Source of the DNA: Gemmatimonas sp.
GTDB taxonomy: Bacteria; Gemmatimonadota; Gemmatimonadetes; Gemmatimonadales; Gemmatimonadaceae
Length of the DNA stretch: 64,000 bases
Assembly (NCBI GenBank): GCA_965279375.1
Contig: OZ257156.1
Coordinates: forward strand, 3,904,001-3,968,000
Direction of reading: 5' to 3'
Shown: one piece after another, positions 55,535 to 64,000 of the stretch
How positions within the stretch are numbered: the first letter of the stretch is position 1
How the letters are laid out: the number at the start of each line of letters is the position of its first letter
Translations under genes and position numbers: made by a program
Notes under the pieces: model-generated
Database searches by the model: none
Told to the model about the DNA's origin: nothing
Seen by the model: only the letters and a program-made list of their open reading frames with translations

Positions 55535-55655
55535 ACGTGAACGAACTCTCGATGTCGTAGCGCTATGAACACAGCCACGTGCAGGCGGAAACTCGTCACA
55601 CAAAACGTCGCAATTGCGTCACGCGCTGGACGCGTGTTCGCCACGCGTGGTGCCG

Positions 55656-55877
55656 TCAGCTGATTTCCTTCATCAACAGCGCACTCAACGCGTCGTCACT
55701 CATCGAATCCGCCCACTCGGGCGCGAGCAGTGCAATGACGCGCTCGGCACCTGAGTTGCACTCCACTGCGACGACTTCTCTTCCCAACGCCTGCGCCGCG
55801 GCGACATGCTCCACCGGAACCTCAGGAAGCTCGAGGCAAATCCACGTCACACCACGCGTATCACGAACCGTCCGCAT
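55656..55877 (-). CDS. Small hypothetical protein (73 aa)
   Basis: MRTVRDTRGVTW...PEWADSMSDDALSALL; protein-like composition, GGGGA upstream of ATG. Confidence 0.65.
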   Translation of the reverse strand: MRTVRDTRGVTWICLELPEVPVEHVAAAQALGREVVAVECNSGAERVIALLAPEWADSMSDDALSALLMKEIS

Positions 55878-56130
55878 CGCATCATCCCCGAGAAAGAACG
55901 TCCCGCGCAACGGCATGCCGCGGGAGTGTGAGCACGAGCGGATTGTACGTTCGCCGCGGGCAGAACAGAAGGGTGCGCCCCGGTAACCGCGGCGCAGCGA
56001 GCGAGACCGTGACGTGAGCTTCGTTCGGCGAGTGCGCAACAGCCACGGTCGTGGACACCGTTCGGCGTGGTGCCGAGTCGCGTCAGATCCGATTTGAACA
56101 CAGTGCCTCTTCCGCATTTCACGGCATCCG

Positions 56131-56139
56131 TGCTACGTT
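56131..56139 (+). promoter_or_regulatory. Possible extended -10 promoter of the rtcB leader
   Basis: TG-C-TACGTT (same -10 hexamer as the rpsA promoter), followed by hairpin AGCGGTGG-caa-CCACCGCT. Confidence 0.4.
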
Positions 56140-56200
56140 TTTTGAGCGGTGGCAACCACCGCTGCCGACAACGCTGCCCCCTTCCCCCGCACTACCCCTC

Positions 56201-56353
56201 GTGCACGCACACTCGCCCTCGACGCTCTTGTCCAGCCGCACGCCGAAAACCTCGGTGTGCCGCCGCATTGCGTCCGCGTCGATAGTGTCGGTGCTCCCGA
56301 CCAGAGGGCGGGGAGCGGGACGGAGTGTGCTTTTCGGGGGCGGACCGGACTAA
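56201..56353 (+). CDS. Putative leader peptide (uORF, 50 aa)
   Basis: GTG...TAA frame ending LFGGGPD, 25 nt before a terminator; no SD, start uncertain. Confidence 0.35.
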   Translation: MHAHSPSTLLSSRTPKTSVCRRIASASIVSVLPTRGRGAGRSVLFGGGPD

Positions 56354-56378
56354 CGGTTCCGACGCAGCGACAACGCGC

Positions 56379-56419
56379 GACGCCCCCAGCCCATACGGCT
56401 CGGGGCGTCTTCTTTTTTT
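56379..56419 (+). terminator. Intrinsic terminator (attenuator) upstream of rtcB
   Basis: GACGCCCC-c-AGCC-catac-GGCT-c-GGGGCGTC followed by TTCTTTTTTT. Confidence 0.8.
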
Positions 56420-56497
56420 GCTCCGGGAATCGGCTGGACCTACCTCGAGGGAACGTCCCCTCAAATCCATCCAGTACTCCATCGGAGCATTCTCACC

Positions 56498-57814
56498 ATG
56501 AAAATCAGCCGTCCTGGGTCCATGCAGGCGCGCGCGCGTGAGCTGTGTGCGCTCGCTGGCCTCGACCCCGATTCTCGCATCGAGCTCGACGGGCAACGCT
56601 CGATGCCCGCCTGGTGCCAATTCCGCGACGCGGCGGAGCAGGATCTTCTCGAAACCGCGCGAGAGTTGTCCGAACGCACGGAGCAACACGAAAACGCCCC
56701 GCTGCACGTCGTGGGCGACCATGAGCAAGGCACGCTCACACAGATGCGGAATTGCATGCGCGTCGGGAGTGTGATCGGCGCGGCGCTCTGTGCCGACGCG
56801 CACGTCGGCTATGCGCAACCCGTCGGCGGCGTGGTCGCGTATGACGGGCAGATCAGCATCAGCGGCGTCGGGTTTGACATCGCATGCGGCAATATGGCCG
56901 TGCGACTGGACGTGCGTCTTGCGGAGTTGCAGCACGATGCGCGCACGTTAGCGGACGACATTCAGCGCACGATCTCCTTCGGGGTCGGTCGCTCCAACGA
57001 CGAGCGCGTCGAGCACGAACTGTTCGACGACGATGCCGCGTGGGTGGCGGCAGACATGGTGACGTACCGACAGCGCGCTCGTGCACAACTCGGGACAGTC
57101 GGGAGCGGGAACCACTACGTCGATCTCTTCAGCGACGCCGAGGGCTACGTGTGGATCGGCGTGCACTTTGGCTCGCGCGGCTTGGGGCACACCAGCGCGA
57201 CGCGGTACCTGGAACTCGCGGGTGGGAAGGAAGGGATGAACGTCCCGCCGGCCGTCGTACGGGTGACCGGCGAGATCGGCACGCGTTACCTCGCCGCGAT
57301 GGAGTTGGCAGGGCGATACGCGTATGCCGGTCGCGAGTGGGTGGTCGAACGCGTTCGCCAGATCATCGGTGGCCAAGTCACGGACACCGTGCACAACCAC
57401 CACAACTACGCGTGGCTGGAGAACGGCGCGTGGGTGGTTCGCAAAGGGGCGACCCCGGCGTTCCCGGGCCAACGCGGTTTCGTGGGTGGGAGCATGGGCG
57501 ACAACGCGGTGATCATCGAGGGCGTGGACAGCGCGCAGTCGCAGGCATTGCTGCGCTCCACGGTGCACGGCGCCGGGCGTGTGATGGGTCGCAGGGCGGC
57601 GATGCGCCAGCTAACGCGCGAAGCAATGCACGAGTGGCTGGAATCGAAGCGTGTGACGCTGGCCGGCGGCGACCTGGACGAGAGCCCGATGGCGTATCGA
57701 CGACTGCCAGACGTGCTCGCACATCACACCGAGTCGATTCGCGTGCTGCACACGCTACAGCCGTTCGTGGTGGTGATGGCGGGGAGCGACACCTACGATC
57801 CGTTCAAGGATTGA
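56498..57814 (+). CDS. rtcB: RtcB-family RNA ligase
   Basis: DAHVGY, GFDIACG, LGTVGSGNHY, HFGSRG, HNHHN, RKGATPA, GGSMG, HGAGR, DESPMAYR; GGAG SD. Confidence 0.95.
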   Translation: MKISRPGSMQARARELCALAGLDPDSRIELDGQRSMPAWCQFRDAAEQDLLETARELSERTEQHENAPLHVVGDHEQGTLTQMRNCMRVGSVIGAALCADAHVGYAQPVGGVVAYDGQISISGVGFDIACGNMAVRLDVRLAELQHDARTLADDIQRTISFGVGRSNDERVEHELFDDDAAWVAADMVTYRQRARAQLGTVGSGNHYVDLFSDAEGYVWIGVHFGSRGLGHTSATRYLELAGGKEGMNVPPAVVRVTGEIGTRYLAAMELAGRYAYAGREWVVERVRQIIGGQVTDTVHNHHNYAWLENGAWVVRKGATPAFPGQRGFVGGSMGDNAVIIEGVDSAQSQALLRSTVHGAGRVMGRRAAMRQLTREAMHEWLESKRVTLAGGDLDESPMAYRRLPDVLAHHTESIRVLHTLQPFVVVMAGSDTYDPFKD

Positions 57815-57835
57815 CGGTGCCCGTGGTCCAAGTGA

Positions 57836-57919
57836 TACCCGGAGTGGGTCTCGAACCCACACGGCCTTGCGGCCAAGGAATTTTAAGTTCCTTGCGTCTG
57901 CCAGTTTCGCCATCCGGGT
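57836..57919 (-). tRNA. tRNA-Leu (anticodon UAA)
   Basis: ACCCGGA acceptor stem, CT-TAA-AA loop, long variable arm, GGTTCGA T-loop; CCA not encoded. Confidence 0.95.
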
Positions 57920-57940
57920 GCATCCTGCCCCAGAAACAAC

Positions 57941-57968
57941 CATCGGGAGCGATTGCGCGCTCCCGATG
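57941..57968. other. Hairpin in the tRNA spacer
   Basis: CATCGGGAGCG-attgcg-CGCTCCCGATG. Confidence 0.6.
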
Positions 57969-58016
57969 TGATCACTGAACTCTGAATTGTCTCATACTCA
58001 CCCTGCGTCCGACCAG

Positions 58017-58089
58017 AGCGGGAAACGGGACTCGAACCCGCGACCCCAACCTTGGCAAGGTTGTGCTCTACCAACTGAGCTATTCCCGC
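58017..58089 (-). tRNA. tRNA-Gly (anticodon GCC)
   Basis: GCGGGAATAGCTCAGTTGGTAGAGC...TT-GCC-AA...GGTTCGAGTCCCGTTTCCCGCT; CCA not encoded. Confidence 0.97.
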
Positions 58090-58098
58090 GCAGGGCGG

Positions 58099-58127
58099 AA
58101 ACTATCCGCGGCGCCAAGCCACGACAA
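58099..58127 (-). promoter_or_regulatory. Putative promoter of the tRNA-Gly/tRNA-Leu operon
   Basis: Minus strand TTGTCG-N17-TAGTTT then a GC-rich discriminator. Confidence 0.55.
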
Positions 58128-58196
58128 GCGGCCACTGCAGGGGAAATTTCGTCGTCGCGCGAGGGCCATCCCGGTGACGGTGCTCGCGCGATACGC

Positions 58197-59981
58197 TCAG
58201 GCGCGCAGTCCCAACGCGTGCGCCGCGTACCAGAGCGTGTGCGCCAGAAGGCCAGCGAGTGCTGCATCGCCACCGTTCCCGGTCGCTCGACCGGTCTCGT
58301 CGACAAACTCCGCCGCCACGCCATTGTCGAGCGGCGCGCGTCGCAGCCAGGCCAGCACCTCCGTGGCGTCGGGACCGAGCAGGCGCGCCACCTGTGGCAG
58401 CAACGCGCCTCCGTCATCTCCGATCGCGCGCACCGACCTGCGATAGAGGGAGTCCTCGCGCTCCAGCGCCTCGTACAGCGGCAACCAGAGAATCGATCCG
58501 ACCGCATCATCGTCAAGTGAGGAGCCCCCCACGAGATCGATCGCCGACGCGAGACGCGCCTTGCCGCCGCGATCCACGGCGAAATGGCGTCGTAGTGCCG
58601 CGCGCACCGCAGCGGGATCCTCAACGGCCGCCGCCGCCTCTTCGTCGAGCGTGCGTTTGAACACGTCGAGCGCGAGCGCAACCACGGCGTTCCCATGCAA
58701 TGTGAACGGCATCGGCGCAGGGGCGCCCGACGGCATCACTTCGGTGGAGTAGAGGGGAATGCGCTCGTCTCGGCGGGCCGCGATGTCATCCGACGCGAGA
58801 TACAACGTGTCAGCGACCACCGGTTCCTCGACGATCTGCTCGTCGTTGGAATCGCGGATGTAGCGATCGGTGGCGATGGCAAACGCGGCCGGCCCCTCGA
58901 TGTTGAATCCGGGTTGGAAGAGCGTGCCGTCGAGATAGTGCACCCCCTGCCCCGGCGCGTAGCCGTGCAGTTCGCACGCACGCACGAGCAACTCGCGCGC
59001 AAGTCCGGTGTCGGCCAACTGGACCGCTGGCAACGTCCACATGAGCGCTTCCCAGTCGCGCACCGTGCACCCCGCCGAGTGCCAAGGCGCCCGCGACCGC
59101 ACGAGGTAGTAGTGCGCGTCGTCGAGGGCGCGCCCCACGCCATAGAAATACGCGAAGAGCAGGTTGCGGTTGAGCAGGCGATCCATGCCATCGCTCCCCG
59201 TCGTCTGCTCCATGGTGGAGAGCGCTTCGCGCGTGGCGGTCAGCAGTGCGCGCCAGCCGCGGCGACGAAGCACCGCCACCGTGGCCTGAGCACCGTCTCG
59301 CTCCGGCCCCACGGCCAGATAGAACGCCACCTGCACGGAGCCATTGGCCGGTGCGATGACATCACGCCGAATCGCGAACTCACGAGGCGCGCGCGACGCC
59401 TCCGCCGGTGCCTCGAGCCGCGCGGGACCGTCGCTACCAATCGCGAGTGCAGCGAGTCCGGGAATCGCGGCGCCTTCCAGCAGCAGCACGTCATCCAGCC
59501 CAATGCTGACCTGGTGCTCGTCGTCGAACGGGCGCGCGGTACGCACCCGCTGCTGGCGATGGCCGAGCGTCCCTTCGAGTGCGATTTCCAGCGAGACATC
59601 GCGCCCGCTGCGGTTCTCGACCGCCAGCGTGTACACGGCGCCCGCCATGTCTGCATCGCGTCCGTACGGCGCGAAGACCGTCCCGCGGACCACCAGGTCG
59701 CCTACGGTGCACGTGAACGTAGGAAGCCACCCCACGGCCTGCTCCCACGCGATCCCTTCGGCGGCGAGCGTGGACACCACACCGTTCACCCGGAGTACCG
59801 GCACGCACAGCGGCGTTCCGACTGCCTGTTCGAACCCGGCCGCACCCGCGAACTCGATCGCCGCCCGGGCCCCGCGATGCAGAACCCCGACGCCGTGAAT
59901 GGCACCGTCAGCAGGGTTGATGCACGGAAGCGTGAGCCAATGATTGCCGGTGAGCTGCCAGGGAACGGACGGAATCTGCAC
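58197..59981 (-). CDS. Glycoside hydrolase-like protein, probably GH125-related (alpha/alpha)6 fold
   Basis: N-terminal beta-rich region; HYLDGTLFQPGF, LWLPLY, DNGVAAEFVD.TG resemble GH125-annotated proteins; start uncertain. Confidence 0.55.
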   Translation of the reverse strand: MQIPSVPWQLTGNHWLTLPCINPADGAIHGVGVLHRGARAAIEFAGAAGFEQAVGTPLCVPVLRVNGVVSTLAAEGIAWEQAVGWLPTFTCTVGDLVVRGTVFAPYGRDADMAGAVYTLAVENRSGRDVSLEIALEGTLGHRQQRVRTARPFDDEHQVSIGLDDVLLLEGAAIPGLAALAIGSDGPARLEAPAEASRAPREFAIRRDVIAPANGSVQVAFYLAVGPERDGAQATVAVLRRRGWRALLTATREALSTMEQTTGSDGMDRLLNRNLLFAYFYGVGRALDDAHYYLVRSRAPWHSAGCTVRDWEALMWTLPAVQLADTGLARELLVRACELHGYAPGQGVHYLDGTLFQPGFNIEGPAAFAIATDRYIRDSNDEQIVEEPVVADTLYLASDDIAARRDERIPLYSTEVMPSGAPAPMPFTLHGNAVVALALDVFKRTLDEEAAAAVEDPAAVRAALRRHFAVDRGGKARLASAIDLVGGSSLDDDAVGSILWLPLYEALEREDSLYRRSVRAIGDDGGALLPQVARLLGPDATEVLAWLRRAPLDNGVAAEFVDETGRATGNGGDAALAGLLAHTLWYAAHALGLRA

Positions 59982-60146
59982 GGTGAGGTCTACGAGGGAA
60001 CGTCGAGCGGTGAACGGGTACTGCGAGTCTGGCCGGTGACAACGGCACATCACCTCAGGTACCATGAGAGGGCAGCCTTCGTTGACGCCCACTCGCCACT
60101 CGGCTAATCTAGCCGGTTCGTCCTGCTCCGGCCCCTTTCCGCTCGC

Positions 60147-61838
60147 ATGGCTTCATACATCGCATCGCGCGTCCTTCGTGGAAGCCTCGTCGTGGGCCGC
60201 GCGCTGGTCGCAGTCGCAACGCTTGCCAGCATCGCCAGCGCGCAGGCAGTTGCCGGAACCGGCGACGATGCAATCCCGATTCCCAAGGGCGGCTATCGAT
60301 TCCGGCTCGGCGGACTGTGGAACGACTACACCAACGTCTACGCTCCTGACGCCAATGGATCGCTCGTCTCGCGACCGCTGCTGGCCGGTCTAGCCACCGC
60401 GAGCCTCGGCACCAATCGGCTTCCCCAGCTCGCCAACTACGAGTCGGCGATTCGTTCGCTGAGCGCAGTCGCGAACTACAACCTCTCGCTTGGCACTTTC
60501 GAAGCGATCGGCGATGTCCGACAGAGCTCAGTCCCGTTGGCCCTAGATGTCGGTATCACGCGTCGCGTCTCGATCGGCATCGTCGTTCCCTACGTGGAGT
60601 CGCGCAATCGTTCGCAGCTCGTGCTGAATCGTGCGGGAACGAATGCCACCGCTGGACAGAACCCCGCTTACTCCGCCGCCGGCGCCACCGCGGCGCGCAC
60701 CATCAACGGCACCGTGCTTCGGCAGCTCGCCACGGCGTTCAACCAGCTGAGCGCCGAAGTCACCCGCTGCGCCGTCGCTACGGCAACCAACTGCGACGCC
60801 ATTCGAGCCAATCCCGCGGGCGCGCAGACGCTGCTGCAAAGGGCCCGGGCGGCGCAGACCGCCATCGCGCTCGTGTACGGCGACAGCACCCGCGCGGGCT
60901 CTCCGCTGGTGCCCATCACCGGCTCCGCTGTGCAAACGGCGATCGTCGCCAATCTCACGTCGATCGCTAGCGCGTTTCAGGGCTTCGGCGTGGGCAGTCT
61001 CCAAGCGGTCGCGCCCGCGTCTGCCAACGTCGTCTACGGTCCCGGCAGTCTCGCCGCCATCGCACGCGACTCCGCCTTTGGCTTGGGCTACAGCGCGATC
61101 GGCAACACGCGTCGCGCCGGTATCGGTGACATCGATCTGACGGCCACGGCGTTGCTCCACGACACCTTTGGCGCCGATCAGTACAAGCGGCTCAACAGCA
61201 CCGGGCGCGCGTGGCGTACATCGCTAACCGCGGGTTTCCGCTTTGGCACGGCCGGTGCGGATCGCGTGGAAGATCCGCTCGACGTACCCATCGGCGACGG
61301 CGCCAGCGCCATCCTGCTGCGCAGCACGACCGATCTGATCCTCAACAAGTTCTTCTGGATCAGTGGGACTGTCCGCGTTGTGCGTCCGCTGGGCGACGAC
61401 GTCGCCGTTGCCGTACCCGTGCTCACCGACACCTCGCTCTTCTTTTCGTATCGCACCGCCGTCGCGCAGCGCTCGCTCGGCCAGCGCACCGAAATCGAAA
61501 TCGCGCCGCGTCTGATGTTCGGACAGTTCTTCGGACTCTCGGGCGGCTACCTGCTGCGTCGTGTCGGCGAGGACAAGCTCGAGACATTGGTGCCGCCGAC
61601 GACACAGTCCTCAACCGCGTCCGGCGGTGAGTTTCTCACGCCCGCGCGCACGGTCCAGGCGCTGACGATCGCGGCCTCGTTCTCCTCGCTCGCCAGCTAC
61701 ATGCGCCGTGGTGCGAAATGGCCGCTGGAGCTGACCTTCACGCACACCGCACCGTTCGCGGCATCGGGCGGCATCTCGCCAATCTTCTCGATGGACCGAC
61801 TCGAGATGCGGATCTATCGCGGGTTTCCGCGGCGCTGA
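60147..61838 (+). CDS. Exported hypothetical protein, possible outer-membrane beta-barrel
   Basis: Signal peptide ending ASA-Q, amphipathic strands, GIGDIDL motif. Confidence 0.7.
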   Translation: MASYIASRVLRGSLVVGRALVAVATLASIASAQAVAGTGDDAIPIPKGGYRFRLGGLWNDYTNVYAPDANGSLVSRPLLAGLATASLGTNRLPQLANYESAIRSLSAVANYNLSLGTFEAIGDVRQSSVPLALDVGITRRVSIGIVVPYVESRNRSQLVLNRAGTNATAGQNPAYSAAGATAARTINGTVLRQLATAFNQLSAEVTRCAVATATNCDAIRANPAGAQTLLQRARAAQTAIALVYGDSTRAGSPLVPITGSAVQTAIVANLTSIASAFQGFGVGSLQAVAPASANVVYGPGSLAAIARDSAFGLGYSAIGNTRRAGIGDIDLTATALLHDTFGADQYKRLNSTGRAWRTSLTAGFRFGTAGADRVEDPLDVPIGDGASAILLRSTTDLILNKFFWISGTVRVVRPLGDDVAVAVPVLTDTSLFFSYRTAVAQRSLGQRTEIEIAPRLMFGQFFGLSGGYLLRRVGEDKLETLVPPTTQSSTASGGEFLTPARTVQALTIAASFSSLASYMRRGAKWPLELTFTHTAPFAASGGISPIFSMDRLEMRIYRGFPRR

Positions 61839-63565
61839 CGCGGAGCCGACGCGGCGCTCGCGGTTCCTGTGGCCTCAGTCGCTTGGACGGCTGAGGCCTC
61901 TTCGTTGCCACGAGCGAGCAGTTCACGCGCGTGTGCACGACTCACCTCACGATCCGCATCGCCACCCAGCATGCGCGCGATCTCCATCACGCGCGGCTCG
62001 TCAGTCACCACATCGGTATCGGCCGTGGTCACCGTACCCACCGCGCTCTTCCGCACGACGACGTGGTGATGCGCGCGGGCCGCGATCTGCGCGAGATGTG
62101 AAATCGCGAGCACCTGATGGTGCCCGGCAACGCGCCGCATCAACGCGCCCACCTGCCACGCCACGGCACCGCCCACGCCCGCATCCACTTCGTCGAAGAC
62201 GAGCGTGGGCACCTGCTGCAAGCGCGCGAGCACGGTGCTGAGCGCCAGCATCACGCGCGCGAGTTCCCCCCCGGACGCGATGCGGCCCAGGGTCCGAGCG
62301 TCGACGCCCGCGTTGAGGGCAGCGAGGAACTGCACCTGTTCCGCGCCGTGCTCGCCGATGTCCGCGAGCGGCAGCAGCGACACGATGAAATTCCCGTCGG
62401 GCATGCCCAGCTCCGGGAGCAGCACGCTTACCGCATTCGCGAGGCGCTGCGCTCCCGACTGACGCAACCGCGTCAGCTCGCTCGCACGTTCGGTGAGTTC
62501 CCCCTCGACAGTCGCGCGCGCCGCTCCAATCGCCTTGAGGTCGAGCGACCCGCCATCCACGAGATCGAGCTCTTCGCGCGCGGCACGTCCTGTCTCCTGC
62601 ACCTCCGGAAGCGTCGGCCCGTATTTGCGCAGCAGCGCATGCAGCACGTCGCGTCGTGATTCCAGCTTGCGCAAACGTGCGGGATCCGCCTCCACGCCTT
62701 CCGCGTACTCTTGCAGCTCACGCGCAAGCTCATCGAGCGCATACACCGCCCCGTCGAATGCACTCTGCCACCGCGCCGTCTCGGGATCGATGCGCGAAAG
62801 CCCCAGCAATGCGCGCCGCACCGCGCCCAATCGCGATAGCGCCGCATCTTCGTCACCGCTGATGGCCTCGGACGCCTGCGCGGCCATCGACTGCAGCTCT
62901 TCGGCGTGCGACAGCCGACGGATATCCGCGTCGAGCGAGTCCTCTTCACCAACCACGAGTGCCGCTTCTTCGATCTCGCGCGCAACGAAACGCAGATAGT
63001 CGGCGCGTCGCTCCGCATCCTGCCGACGCTTCTCGAGCTCGCGCTCGCGTGCACGCAGCGCCGCGAGTCGTTGATACGCATCACTCACGCTGTCGCGCAC
63101 CGCCTGAGCGCCCACGAAGGCATCCAGCAGGTCGCGCTGATGCTCGCCGTCGATCAGCTGTCGTGAGTCGTGCTGGCCGTGCACGCTCACCAGCTGCACT
63201 CCGACTTCGGCCAGCGTCGTCGCCGTGACCGTCGAGCCGTTGATCCATGCGCGCGAGCGTCCGTTGCTGCCGATTTCGCGCTTGAGCACGATGTGATCGT
63301 CGTCGACATCGATACCGCGCTCGTCGAGCAGTGCTCGCAACGCCGGCAGGCGCGATGCGTCGAACACACCTTCCACGGTCGCCTTCTCTGCACCGCTGCG
63401 AACACGATCGGCCGCTGCGCGCTCTCCCAGCAGCATGCCCAGACTGCCCACGATCAGCGACTTGCCCGCCCCCGTCTCACCGGTGAGCACGTTGAGCCCG
63501 CTGGCCAGTGGCAACGTGACGGCATCGATGACGGCAACGTTGCGGATGCGCAGTTCAACGAGCAT
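61814..63565 (-). CDS. recN: DNA repair protein RecN
   Basis: TGETGAGKS, HGQHD, ASGGELAR, FDEVDAGVGG, ISHLAQIAA. Confidence 0.97.
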   Translation of the reverse strand: MLVELRIRNVAVIDAVTLPLASGLNVLTGETGAGKSLIVGSLGMLLGERAAADRVRSGAEKATVEGVFDASRLPALRALLDERGIDVDDDHIVLKREIGSNGRSRAWINGSTVTATTLAEVGVQLVSVHGQHDSRQLIDGEHQRDLLDAFVGAQAVRDSVSDAYQRLAALRARERELEKRRQDAERRADYLRFVAREIEEAALVVGEEDSLDADIRRLSHAEELQSMAAQASEAISGDEDAALSRLGAVRRALLGLSRIDPETARWQSAFDGAVYALDELARELQEYAEGVEADPARLRKLESRRDVLHALLRKYGPTLPEVQETGRAAREELDLVDGGSLDLKAIGAARATVEGELTERASELTRLRQSGAQRLANAVSVLLPELGMPDGNFIVSLLPLADIGEHGAEQVQFLAALNAGVDARTLGRIASGGELARVMLALSTVLARLQQVPTLVFDEVDAGVGGAVAWQVGALMRRVAGHHQVLAISHLAQIAARAHHHVVVRKSAVGTVTTADTDVVTDEPRVMEIARMLGGDADREVSRAHARELLARGNEEASAVQATEATGTASAASAPRQRRGNPR

Positions 63566-63591
63566 TCAACGTCCGCGCTCGAGTGAGGAGA

Positions 63592-64000
63592 TCAGGCGTT
63601 CTCGCCGTCGCGCTCGGTCAGTCCACCCCAACCCAGCTTTCGCTTGAGGCGAGTGAAGAACGTGGTGCCGGGGAAACGCACGATGCGAACCGGAGACGCC
63701 GCACGACGAATCACGAGGGTCTCTCCGCTGGTGAACGTAGTGCCCACCTGTCCGTCGATCGTTACCAGAAGCTCCGCCGGCCCATCATCTGCACGCACGC
63801 GCACTTCCACCGATGGCGGGAGCACGAGCGGGCGCATCGCCAACGTGTGCGGCGAGACTGGCGTGAGCACGATGCTCTCCACCGTCGGCACGACGATCGG
63901 ACCTCCGGCTGACAGCGAATACCCCGTCGAACCGGTCGGCGTGGAAATCACGAGACCGTCGGCGGAGTACGAACCGATCGGCTCCTCGTCGACGAAGACC
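63592..64000 (-). CDS. nadK: NAD kinase (5' part outside the window)
   Basis: ADGLVISTPTGSTGYSLSAGGPIV, DGQ, KLGWG; nadK-recN synteny. Confidence 0.95.
   Translation of the reverse strand, partial: VFVDEEPIGSYSADGLVISTPTGSTGYSLSAGGPIVVPTVESIVLTPVSPHTLAMRPLVLPPSVEVRVRADDGPAELLVTIDGQVGTTFTSGETLVIRRAASPVRIVRFPGTTFFTRLKRKLGWGGLTERDGENA

Noticed and set aside
55880..56200. Sigma54 promoter for rtcB as in E. coli
   Set aside because: The GGCA-containing sites checked lack correct GG-N10-GC spacing, and there is no rtcR or rtcA nearby
57815..57860. Active integrative element at tRNA-Leu
   Set aside because: No integrase and no duplicated tRNA 3' end found by eye
57833..58017. tRNAs lacking CCA read as pseudogenes
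   Set aside because: Both cloverleaves are intact, and post-transcriptional CCA addition is common

Overview
High-GC, gene-dense chromosomal window, mostly on the minus strand. Gene content and protein style suggest a Gemmatimonadota (Gemmatimonas-like) bacterium; this is inference only. Most of it is core housekeeping: lysA-proS-hisS-folC-accD, mreBCD-mrdA-rodA, ald, an M16 peptidase, pnp-rpsO, rseP-dxr-cdsA-uppS-frr-pyrH-tsf-rpsB-rpsI-rplM, mscL, a biotin-dependent acyl-CoA carboxylase cluster, rpsA, an aroA-cmk fusion, a lysine/DAP operon, tRNA-Leu/tRNA-Gly, recN and nadK. The stand-out is an ~11.6 kb block between the DAP operon and the tRNAs. It holds a translationally coupled pcs-mcr pair (trifunctional propionyl-CoA synthase and bifunctional malonyl-CoA reductase, the signature enzymes of the 3-hydroxypropionate bi-cycle) and a lone rtcB RNA ligase. 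The rtcB gene follows a ~350-nt leader with a uORF, antiterminator and intrinsic terminator, which looks like an undescribed ribosome-coupled attenuator. Also noted: clustered Bacteroidota-type D-S/T-x O-glycosylation sequons in extracytoplasmic domains, a CxxC-EAL gene splitting cmk from rpsA, and a probably inactive GH125-like protein. No CRISPR array, integrase or transposase was seen. Start codons were picked by eye and may shift slightly.
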